This document shows, piece by piece, positions 8,629-16,251 of a stretch of DNA of 64,000 nt. The notes beneath the pieces were generated by a model, which saw only the letters and a list, made by a program, of their open reading frames with translations, was not told the DNA's origin and did no database searches. The position numbers were made by a program, and so were the translations under genes. Location: IMG/VR virus record IMGVR_UViG_3300014050_000017, positions 1 through 64,000 of that record; one strand, given 5' to 3'. This DNA comes from a virus. Positions within the stretch are counted from its first letter, which is position 1; each line of letters begins with the position of its first letter.

Positions 8629-8703
8629 TGTGGATAACTAAATGAACAGGAGATGAACAATCACTACGCTGGCTTGCGTTATGTCGGGAGTCTAAATTAG
8701 ACT
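8629..8703 (+). promoter_or_regulatory. Cassette 5: DnaA box + repeat + promoter
   Basis: TGTGGATAA 8629; TGAAC 8643 and 8654; -35 TTGCGT 8674; -10 TAGACT 8698. Confidence 0.8.
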
Positions 8704-8781
8704 CGGCGTAGTGAGAAATACTCACACAAGTAGAGATAGGAGAAATCCAATGCTACCTAGAGACTCTAGGGAACGACTCTA

Positions 8782-9216
8782 ATGACGAAGGGGGGTGATA
8801 CTATCTTTACACGCAACAACGCTCAACTCATTGAGCAACAGCAAGTGCCAAATCCAATGGCGAAGGGGCACTTCTTTACCAACATGACCGAACTTCTTTG
8901 GTCTGATGGGACTATTACATTCGGTTGCCTCATCTGTGGCGACCAAATGGACTCACGCCCACAACTCTCAATCCACATTGGCAAGGCTCACAACCCTGCC
9001 AAACCTAAAAAGCCTACTAAGAAGGCTACCCGCAAATACACTAAGCGCAATACAGAGTATTGGGCTAATGGTGGAAACATCAACCAAAACCGACCAACAA
9101 CCGACCAAACGCTAACCGATAAGGAACTAGCGTTTTGGAAGGCGCAAGCGCACAAGGCAGAAGCGGAAAACCGCAAACTGCGAGCGCAACTCAAAGCCCT
9201 ACTAAACATAAAGTAG
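8782..9216 (+). CDS. C2H2 zinc-finger protein with basic linker and C-terminal coiled coil
   Basis: CLICGDQMDSRPQLSIHIGKAH; KPKKPTKKATRKY; AEAENRKLRAQLKALL. Confidence 0.7.
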   Translation: MTKGGDTIFTRNNAQLIEQQQVPNPMAKGHFFTNMTELLWSDGTITFGCLICGDQMDSRPQLSIHIGKAHNPAKPKKPTKKATRKYTKRNTEYWANGGNINQNRPTTDQTLTDKELAFWKAQAHKAEAENRKLRAQLKALLNIK

Positions 9217-9296
9217 GCAGGGTTTCTCACCCCCCGTGAGAATAGTCCTGAGCATGACTCCAAACTGCTCATCTAACAAAGCCTAAGGGGGCTAAA

Positions 9297-9692
9297 GTGG
9301 CAACAACCATAAAGGTAGATAGGCTAGTCCTATTACAAGCACTAACGGCTAAACTAGCCGAGCAAGACCAACTTCGTGCCGACTACAAGAAGGCAGAGGA
9401 AAAATACAAGAAGGCAACAGAAACCTTTGCTAATAAGATTATGACATTGGTAAAAGGTGGCAAGTTAGAAGTCGCAAACACTAACTATCGTTCTTGGCGT
9501 GATGAACTAGAAATCACTATCAAGATAGATAAAGGCGTTATGCCAACCGAGCCTGAACAACCTAAGCGTCCTGACGCATGGCTACACGATAGCGATTACG
9601 AGGAACTCCGTAAGACTATCAAGTTGCTAGGTATGACGGCAGACCCAAGCGTGCCTACAAGCGTGTATAAGTCTGTATCACAATGGCTCTAA
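9297..9692 (+). CDS. Hypothetical protein
   Basis: SD AAGGGGG, GTG start. Confidence 0.7.
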   Translation: MATTIKVDRLVLLQALTAKLAEQDQLRADYKKAEEKYKKATETFANKIMTLVKGGKLEVANTNYRSWRDELEITIKIDKGVMPTEPEQPKRPDAWLHDSDYEELRKTIKLLGMTADPSVPTSVYKSVSQWL

Positions 9693-9703
9693 AATAAGAC
9701 TAC

Positions 9704-9734
9704 GAAGCCCCCGCAGAGATGCGGGGGCTTTCTT
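9704..9734 (+). terminator. Intrinsic terminator
   Basis: GAAGCCCCCGCA-GAGA-TGCGGGGGCTTT-CTT. Confidence 0.75.
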
Positions 9735-9822
9735 GTTTGTGCTGGGCTTGCTGTAATAAGTAGCTATCTCGGTATAGGTACGGATTTCATCACTGCCTAT
9801 ACCAGCAAGCCCAGCACAAACA
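9734..9822. repeat. Long hairpin element, paralog of 8525-8611
   Basis: TGTTTGTGCTGGGCTTGCTG 9734-9753 / CAGCAAGCCCAGCACAAACA 9803-9822. Confidence 0.85.
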
Positions 9823-9843
9823 TAATAGGGCTGAGAGATGGCC

Positions 9844-9952
9844 TGTGGATAACTAGGTGAACAACGTATGAACAACCCTGTGGATAACTAAGTGAACGAG
9901 AGATGAACAATTACAAATGTAATGGAGAAAAGAGAAAGAGTTATAGTAGATT
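9844..9952 (+). promoter_or_regulatory. Cassette 6: duplicated DnaA box/repeat unit + promoter
   Basis: TGTGGATAA 9844 and 9879; TGAAC 9858, 9869, 9893, 9904; -35 TGGAGA 9923; -10 TAGATT 9947. Confidence 0.75.
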
Positions 9953-9978
9953 AGGCACACCTACCGAAGGGGGGGACT

Positions 9979-10506
9979 ATGAACAGTATTGAACGCAAGG
10001 AGCGTTTTACTGAACTAATGGCAACAATAGAGTTGTTGCCAAGTATAGAGGACGAAAACTACGAGCCTAAGTTTCCTAAGGGAACACTAGGCTTATCAGA
10101 CGGACGACTAAAGACCGCTATCATGGTTCAAGCCATGAAAAATGATGAGGAGTTTCAAGGCAACCTTATCAACGCACTAGCAAATACAGGTCTAGAAGCG
10201 TGCCAACAAAAGCACATGAACGGCGAAATGCCTAACGAGGACGACATAGCCTCGGTATGTATGGCTATCCATGTAGCGTGGGCGGCAGGTGCGTTATCGC
10301 CTATGCTAATAATCCTAGGTATCGCAAGTAAGATGTTCGCAGTATGCGACATTGAAATACCTGACGACCTCACACTTATCTTTCGTCCTAATCAGGGCAT
10401 GAAGGATAAAGCGCCACAGTTAGACCCGATAGCCCTATTAGAGTTAGATAAGGAAGGGCTATTTGACCTACTAAAGAAGGGTTATGAAAATGACTCTGAC
10501 GAGTGA
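9979..10506 (+). CDS. Hypothetical protein
   Basis: SD GAAGGGGGGG. Confidence 0.7.
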   Translation: MNSIERKERFTELMATIELLPSIEDENYEPKFPKGTLGLSDGRLKTAIMVQAMKNDEEFQGNLINALANTGLEACQQKHMNGEMPNEDDIASVCMAIHVAWAAGALSPMLIILGIASKMFAVCDIEIPDDLTLIFRPNQGMKDKAPQLDPIALLELDKEGLFDLLKKGYENDSDE

Positions 10507-10735
10507 TAAAAAGACTCCCGACGGGCGCCGTATGGTAGCCCTACCATTCAAAATTGAGTTCGTTGCCTATGTAGAGGAGCATAAGTTCCTAGAACACATG
10601 ACCTTAGTAGGTGGCGAGTTAGATAGGCTTATCAACATGCACGAGGCATGTGCAGTAGATGTGCTAGACATAGACAAGCAGTTGGTTGATAAACAACGAG
10701 GCTGGAAGGAAGTCCTCGTAGAAAGGGTGCAATAA
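10484..10735 (+). CDS. Hypothetical protein
   Basis: ORF track; overlaps upstream gene. Confidence 0.6.
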   Translation: MKMTLTSDKKTPDGRRMVALPFKIEFVAYVEEHKFLEHMTLVGGELDRLINMHEACAVDVLDIDKQLVDKQRGWKEVLVERVQ

Positions 10736-10736
10736 A

Positions 10737-11222
10737 ATGGGTATGGATGTGTATGGCAAAGCGCCGAAGTCCGAACGCGGGGAGTATTTCCGCAATAATA
10801 TATGGTGGTGGCGACCACTATGGGATTATTGCGAGGAAGTAGCCCCTGACCTCTGCTCCAATGTAGATGGACACTCCAATAGCGGAGATGGTCTTGACGA
10901 CAAGGGCGCAGAACAACTTAGCCAAATCCTCAAGATAAGGCTATCTGATGGGTCTGTAGATAAGTACGCTCAAGAACGGGAAGTCTATCTATCAGCCCTA
11001 CCAAAGGAAGTATGCGATTTCTGTGACGGAGTGGGTATCGTACAGGTGAAGGAAGGCTGGCCTGACTATGTAGAAGGGCAAGTAACCTTTAGAGACCCAT
11101 GTAACGCATGCAACGGCACTAAGGAGAAAGAACCATGGCAACGCCATTACCCATTCTCCAAGGAAAACGTAGAAGAGTTCGCAGAGTTCCTAGCAGATAG
11201 CGGTGGATTTGAAATCTGTTAG
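10737..11222 (+). CDS. Hypothetical protein with DnaJ-type CxxCxGxG zinc motifs
   Basis: MGMDVYG...YFRNNIWWWRPLW; CDFCDGVG, CNACNGTK; FLADSGGFEIC. Confidence 0.75.
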   Translation: MGMDVYGKAPKSERGEYFRNNIWWWRPLWDYCEEVAPDLCSNVDGHSNSGDGLDDKGAEQLSQILKIRLSDGSVDKYAQEREVYLSALPKEVCDFCDGVGIVQVKEGWPDYVEGQVTFRDPCNACNGTKEKEPWQRHYPFSKENVEEFAEFLADSGGFEIC

Positions 11223-11247
11223 GACGGAACCCCTTCCTATCCATCGC

Positions 11248-11283
11248 ATAGGGCTATCAGTTTCGGCTGGTAGCCCTATTTTA
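11248..11283 (+). terminator. Intrinsic terminator
   Basis: ATAGGGCTATCAG-TTTCGG-CTGGTAGCCCTAT followed by a T run. Confidence 0.75.
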
Positions 11284-11326
11284 TTGCCGCTAAGTTACTG
11301 GCCAGTAGCTCTCCAGGCCGCGGAGA

Positions 11327-11470
11327 TGTTTGTGTTGGCCCACCCTCTCGTATTTTGGTATTAAATTATACCAAAATACTCGTACCCACCCTGAATGACG
11401 CCTTTTTTAATATAAAAAAGGCGGTCATTGCTAATTGGGCTATGGCTTTAGCCATTAGCCCAACACAAAC
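11327..11470. repeat. TGTTTGTGTTGG...CCAACACAAAC element enclosing three hairpins
   Basis: Arms 11327-11338 and 11460-11470; inner GTATTTTGGTAT/ATACCAAAATAC, GCCTTTTTTA/TAAAAAAGGC and GGGCTA/TAGCCC. Confidence 0.75.
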
Positions 11471-11472
11471 CC

Positions 11473-11557
11473 TGTGGATAACTTGGTTAACAGGAGATGA
11501 ACATTGGCTGAGAGAGAGAGAATTGGCTTGACGGCAGAGAGAGCGAGAGAGTAGGCT
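11473..11557 (+). promoter_or_regulatory. Cassette 7: DnaA box + repeat + promoter
   Basis: TGTGGATAA 11473; half-sites 11487 and 11498; -35 TTGACG 11528; -10 TAGGCT 11552. Confidence 0.75.
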
Positions 11558-11669
11558 CGGAGATTTTGCCCTCTCGGCTACTGCCACCCCGTCTAATAGG
11601 CTTGTTAAGCGCAAGGCCAGATTTAATAGCCTTATCGCCAAGTCCTATCAGCATGAGAGAGAAGGGGGT

Positions 11670-11742
11670 TGTGGATAACTATATGAACGGCAGATGAACA
11701 AATGGGTGGAGAGTGTAGTTAAATGCGGAAATAGGTTAGAGT
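11670..11742 (+). promoter_or_regulatory. Cassette 8: DnaA box + repeat + promoter
   Basis: TGTGGATAA 11670; TGAAC 11684 and 11695; poor -35 TGTAGT 11714; -10 TAGAGT 11737. Confidence 0.7.
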
Positions 11743-11783
11743 GGGGGAGTGGCAACACCGCCACCTATATTGAAGGGGTCGTT

Positions 11784-13301
11784 ATGACTAATCACCTTGC
11801 GTTGCTCGTAGTGAGTGACGCCGTATTAGAGGGGGAACAGGCGCAAGCCCAAACCCTACTCATAGGAACGGATACCGAAGTCTTAGGGTATCACCGCGTA
11901 TCTAATGGCGCTAAGGGGAGAGGACAGGCGTGGCAACCCGTATCCGTCCTTCCTACTAGCCCTATCTCTCACGAACCCGTTGCCGTCGTACTTAGCGACC
12001 GCGACCTCGTAATGCTTCAACTCGGTCAGATTACTAATATCGGTATTAAGGCGCTATATGCGTTAGAGAGCGCCACCGCACCTAGTAACCCTATCGCTCA
12101 CGACCTTGCCGTAGAGGGGTTACGCGACCGCCTCACACAGGGCGATTCCACGCTATCTGAACATGTAACTGATAAGCGTCGTTCACAGGGTCTATCTATT
12201 AGCCCTATCGTAAGTACAACTTCGGCGACCGCGACCGCGCCCGTCGTGCCTATCAAGCCTATCGAGCCTACAAGTAATAAGGCTATGAGTGACGCCCTAG
12301 TAAATGCTATGGTGAGCGTGCCTGATAAGGCTTTCGCAAAGTCCTATATCAACCGCAAGGTCGTAGGCGGTCTTACCGACTTCGAGATTATGGACTTCGC
12401 TATGGCGTCTAAGAAAAATGTCCTTATCGAAGGTCACGCAGGGTCAGGTAAGACGGCTATGGTGCAAGCCTATGCGTCAGCGCGTGGACTTCGGTATTTT
12501 AACGTCGCATGCCATATTGGATTAGAGGCTTCACACCTCGTCGGTCGTTGGATTCCTACCCCCGACGGACACTTCCGTTGGCAGGACGGCGCAGTTACAG
12601 AGATAGTCCGTAATGGTGGCGTCCTACTATTCAACGAAATTAACTTCGCACCCGAGCGCTTTCTCACCTTTATCTTTAGCCTATTAGATTATCGTCGTGA
12701 GATTCAGTTAATGGAAAATGGTGGCGAAGTCGTCAAGGCTCACCCCGACCTACTTATCGTAGGCGACATGAACCCCGACTATCGTGGCACTCGCCCACTC
12801 AACCAAGCACTCGCCGACCGCTTCCCCGAGCGTCTAGTATTCCCATACGATAATGCTATCGAACAGAAGTTACTCGGTAGCAAAGCCCTATTAGATATGG
12901 CGAACCAACTCCGTACCGAGTTTGATAAGGGTACTATCAGCACCCCTATCTCCACCCGTAATCTAGTAGCCTTCGCAGATAACGCTAAGGCGCTAGGCAT
13001 GGACTTCGCCACCTATTGCTATATCAACTCTTTCGAGGGTGATGAGGAACGTAGTGCAGTAAGACTATTACTCACCACTCACCACGACAATATCGCGTCC
13101 GACTTCGGACTTGCTACTAAGGCTATTAAAGATGTATTCGGTAACTCAAATGTAGAAACCGCTATCTTAAATACAGAAGTAGGCGCTATCGTGGACGGCA
13201 TGGAAGTATCCGTAGCAGAAGCGACCCCCGAGATGAACGATATCCACGAAGCGGAAGCGTTTAACTCTCTCGTCGATATCCTTAACGGCGGTAACAACTA
13301 A
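11784..13301 (+). CDS. MoxR/CbbQ/CobS-like AAA+ ATPase
   Basis: Walker A GHAGSGKT, Walker B LLFNEIN, MNPDYRGT, ALADRF, ISTRNL; start at MTNHL after SD GAAGGGG. Confidence 0.9.
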   Translation: MTNHLALLVVSDAVLEGEQAQAQTLLIGTDTEVLGYHRVSNGAKGRGQAWQPVSVLPTSPISHEPVAVVLSDRDLVMLQLGQITNIGIKALYALESATAPSNPIAHDLAVEGLRDRLTQGDSTLSEHVTDKRRSQGLSISPIVSTTSATATAPVVPIKPIEPTSNKAMSDALVNAMVSVPDKAFAKSYINRKVVGGLTDFEIMDFAMASKKNVLIEGHAGSGKTAMVQAYASARGLRYFNVACHIGLEASHLVGRWIPTPDGHFRWQDGAVTEIVRNGGVLLFNEINFAPERFLTFIFSLLDYRREIQLMENGGEVVKAHPDLLIVGDMNPDYRGTRPLNQALADRFPERLVFPYDNAIEQKLLGSKALLDMANQLRTEFDKGTISTPISTRNLVAFADNAKALGMDFATYCYINSFEGDEERSAVRLLLTTHHDNIASDFGLATKAIKDVFGNSNVETAILNTEVGAIVDGMEVSVAEATPEMNDIHEAEAFNSLVDILNGGNN

Positions 13302-15163
13302 TGCCACGCGACAACCACAACGACCTACTAGATAGGCTTATCGAGGAAACTCGCATGGGCGCTTATAGCGGTGACGAAACCTTCGACGCCGAAGCCCTTG
13401 CAGAGGAATTAGAGGAACATATCAACAAGTTACAGGCGGTAGGTGCGGTCTATGGTCGCACCGACCGCATACTTACCGCCGAACCCGTAGAGGTACGCGT
13501 CGAGGATAATCCCGAGATGAATACCCAAGCCTACAACGACGGCAAGACTATCGTGTTCAACGCTAGGCTTATCGAGGACGTAGATGATAAGACTATTATC
13601 TCGCTCAACGGATTCAACTACCACGAAGTCGCTCACGTCCTATATTCCCCTAGAGGCGGTAGCGAGTTCGGTAAGGCTATCAAGCGCGAAGGGTTGAAGC
13701 ATGCGTACAACTGCCTAGAGGACGCCCGTATCGAGCGCCTACTAATCGCTAAGTATCCTGCCGTCGCACCCTTCCTAGAGGCTACCTGCCTAGAGTATCT
13801 ATTGAAGGGTCAGAGCAACGAGTTCGCTAGTTACTTCCCACTAATGACGGGTCGCAAGTATTTAGATATAGAATTGCGACAGGAAATTGCAGATAGATTT
13901 ATTAAGCACTTCGGCAAGGACTTAGCCATGTCGATATCAGTGCTAGTGCATGAGTACCGCACACTCGTATTCCCACGCGACTACGATAGAGGCTTAGAGA
14001 TAATAAGACTATTTGCAGATATCGTTGGTCGTGAGGATATCAACGAAGTTAATGGCGTACCTATGATTCCTAGTGGCGGTCATGGCGACCGCGACGTTCA
14101 GGATAAGGGTCGCATGAAAGGTATCCGCGAACAGGAAGCCCAACAAGATAAGGCTAACAAGGACGAGGCTAACGGCGCAGGACAGGGCGACGAGCGCATG
14201 GACGACCCTGCCGATTCTAATACAGAAATAGATACCGATAGCCGTAGTTTCGGTAGCGACGGCAAGGACGACGCAGACGACAACGTGCTTCGCAAAGATA
14301 TCAAAGAGCGACTAGATAACCTTAGCAAGGACGAGGAAGTAATGCGTGGCGCTAAGGAAGTCCGTAAGGCTATCAACGACAATAACCAACGTCGTAGTGC
14401 TATTAAACAGGGCGCTTACTCTCTCCAACAAGTAACGTCAAAGGTATCTGCGACCGCCAAGTCTTTTGGTGTAGCCCTAGAGCGCGTCCGTATAGATAAC
14501 GACCCTGCGTGGGAGTTAGAGCAACCTATGGGTCGCTTAAATATAGGACGTGCTATGCGTGCCGATATCAACGACATAGATAAAGTGTTCGATAGGTGGA
14601 GTGAGGGTAACTCCAATAATGATATCGACGCGATAATCCTAGTAGATACTTCGGGTAGCATGTCGTGGCAGATTCAGCGCACTATGGAAAGCGCATGGAT
14701 TATCAAGCGCGGTATCGAACGTATCAACGGGCGCGTATCCGTTTATAAGTTTAACCACGATAGTAGGCTTATCTACTCCGCAACTGATAAGGCTATGCCA
14801 ACCGAGTATCGCTACGTCAATACTTCGGGCGGTACTAACCCTTACAAAGCCCTATTAGAAGCACGCCGTCACCTAACGTCTAGCCGTCGTGGAGTACGCA
14901 TGCTATTTATCGTGACCGACGGGCATTGGGATATGACCGACGAGAACGATAAGATTATCGCCGACCTTAATACGGACGGCGTAGAAACTGCGATAGTCTA
15001 TCTCGGTGATATCAAGCGCTACTCTGATAGTCGTGAGGAATACGAGCGTTACTGCGCCATGTATCGTCATGGTGCAAAGCACTTCCGCGATATCGTAGAA
15101 CCAACCGACATGGTGCTACTCGCTAAGGACATAGTTAAAGCCACTATGACCGCAAGGCACTAG
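13301..15163 (+). CDS. vWA-domain partner protein (CobT-like) with HExxH motif
   Basis: HEVAH, NCLEDARIE, acidic linker, MIDAS DTSGS, GGT, VTDG; TAATG coupling to the ATPase. Confidence 0.85.
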   Translation: MPRDNHNDLLDRLIEETRMGAYSGDETFDAEALAEELEEHINKLQAVGAVYGRTDRILTAEPVEVRVEDNPEMNTQAYNDGKTIVFNARLIEDVDDKTIISLNGFNYHEVAHVLYSPRGGSEFGKAIKREGLKHAYNCLEDARIERLLIAKYPAVAPFLEATCLEYLLKGQSNEFASYFPLMTGRKYLDIELRQEIADRFIKHFGKDLAMSISVLVHEYRTLVFPRDYDRGLEIIRLFADIVGREDINEVNGVPMIPSGGHGDRDVQDKGRMKGIREQEAQQDKANKDEANGAGQGDERMDDPADSNTEIDTDSRSFGSDGKDDADDNVLRKDIKERLDNLSKDEEVMRGAKEVRKAINDNNQRRSAIKQGAYSLQQVTSKVSATAKSFGVALERVRIDNDPAWELEQPMGRLNIGRAMRADINDIDKVFDRWSEGNSNNDIDAIILVDTSGSMSWQIQRTMESAWIIKRGIERINGRVSVYKFNHDSRLIYSATDKAMPTEYRYVNTSGGTNPYKALLEARRHLTSSRRGVRMLFIVTDGHWDMTDENDKIIADLNTDGVETAIVYLGDIKRYSDSREEYERYCAMYRHGAKHFRDIVEPTDMVLLAKDIVKATMTARH

Positions 15164-15173
15164 AACAAGTGTT

Positions 15174-15208
15174 CGATACCTGCACCTGCACTTCGGGTGC
15201 AGGTATCG
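15174..15208 (+). terminator. Hairpin after AAA/vWA operon
   Basis: CGATACCTGCACC...GGTGCAGGTATCG; no U tail. Confidence 0.5.
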
Positions 15209-15235
15209 GCTAACCCGACTAACAAATGAGGAAAC

Positions 15236-15397
15236 ATGGAAACAAATACAGAAATAGATTACAAAGAAGCCTTACGAAGTACGTTAATGCAAATGCGCGG
15301 TCATGTAGAAGCGCATAACGCAACCGACGAGTTTATGATAAACCTATTAGATACAGCAACCGACTATCTATTCTACCTAGAGGACAAAAGCAAATGA
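15236..15397 (+). CDS. Hypothetical protein (53 aa)
   Basis: SD GAGG; METNTEIDY...EDKSK*; ATGA coupling. Confidence 0.6.
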   Translation: METNTEIDYKEALRSTLMQMRGHVEAHNATDEFMINLLDTATDYLFYLEDKSK

Positions 15398-15705
15398 CCA
15401 GCACAAACCTAGTACCGCAGACAGGTCAATATAACGACCTTGCACTTAAATATATAAATGGCGACCCAAGCGCTATTCACCTATTAGATACCGCTATCGG
15501 CGCTTCGCTTGACCTATGCGCCCTACGCAACGATACCGACGAGCGCTTAACCAACCTATTCGATTACCACGACGTACGCGGTGAGATAGATGAGGCTATC
15601 GACAGTATCGAAGCCGACATGGATAGACTAGGCTTACGAGCGCCTATCCTTGATGAAGCAGACCAGCGCGACCTAGAGAACGGCTATGGGTTAGACGGAA
15701 TCTAA
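15394..15705 (+). CDS. Hypothetical acidic protein
   Basis: ORF track. Confidence 0.65.
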   Translation: MTSTNLVPQTGQYNDLALKYINGDPSAIHLLDTAIGASLDLCALRNDTDERLTNLFDYHDVRGEIDEAIDSIEADMDRLGLRAPILDEADQRDLENGYGLDGI

Positions 15706-15831
15706 TGAGGTTATCAAAGACGAGAGAGCAACTACGGCGCTTGATAGAACTGCGCCGTAGTAATGCTTCCGTACCTATCCGCAATAAGAAGCGATACACT
15801 AGGCAAGTTAAACATAGAGATAAGGACATAA

Positions 15832-16251
15832 ATGAGCAACGACGAGATTATTGACGCAGAGATTATTGACGAGGTAGAGGAAGCGGTCGAGGAAGTATCC
15901 GATACATGGAAACTCGTCGCCTATCACTTACAGAATAATCACTACCCACCTATCCCACTAAACATGGTCGATACGTGTCTTAGGGCTATTGAATACGCCA
16001 ACGAAGGCGACTTTAATACGATTATCACACTACCCGAAGGCACGCTATACAAAGGCGCAAACACCGCCAACGTAGAAACTATCGTGGAGAGCCACCACCT
16101 GCACCAGTTTATTACCAGCGACCGCGAAGTAATTACTATCAAAGACGCCGACGGACAGGTCGTATATCAAGGTTATGGAACAGAACTAAAATTAGAAACT
16201 AAAGAAATAAATGAGGAAGTAGATGAAAGTGAACCAGCAGGAGAGCAATAA
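15832..16251 (+). CDS. Hypothetical acidic protein
   Basis: SD AAGGA; YHLQNNHYPPIP motif. Confidence 0.7.
   Translation: MSNDEIIDAEIIDEVEEAVEEVSDTWKLVAYHLQNNHYPPIPLNMVDTCLRAIEYANEGDFNTIITLPEGTLYKGANTANVETIVESHHLHQFITSDREVITIKDADGQVVYQGYGTELKLETKEINEEVDESEPAGEQ

Noticed and set aside
7221-11470. Integron attC sites
   Set aside because: Arms read GTTTGTG...CACAAAC, not RYYYAAC...GTTRRRY; no integrase in the window; the cassettes have their own promoters.
5000-11700. CRISPR array interpretation of the ~30-bp repeats
   Set aside because: Units are mostly separated by whole genes at irregular distances and sit at fixed distance from promoters; the only Cas-like gene is a stand-alone Cas4-type nuclease in the recombination operon.
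5000-11700. Bacterial-type oriC
   Set aside because: No dnaA gene in the window, boxes are dispersed one or two per intergenic region, no obvious DUE or DnaA-trio tract, and the phage has its own initiator/loader/helicase. Not fully excluded.
11694-11783. N-terminal extension of the AAA ATPase in the ORF track
   Set aside because: The ATG is part of the ATGAAC operator repeat and lies upstream of the promoter; the SD supports 11784. The 5936 and 6601 starts likewise overlap promoters.
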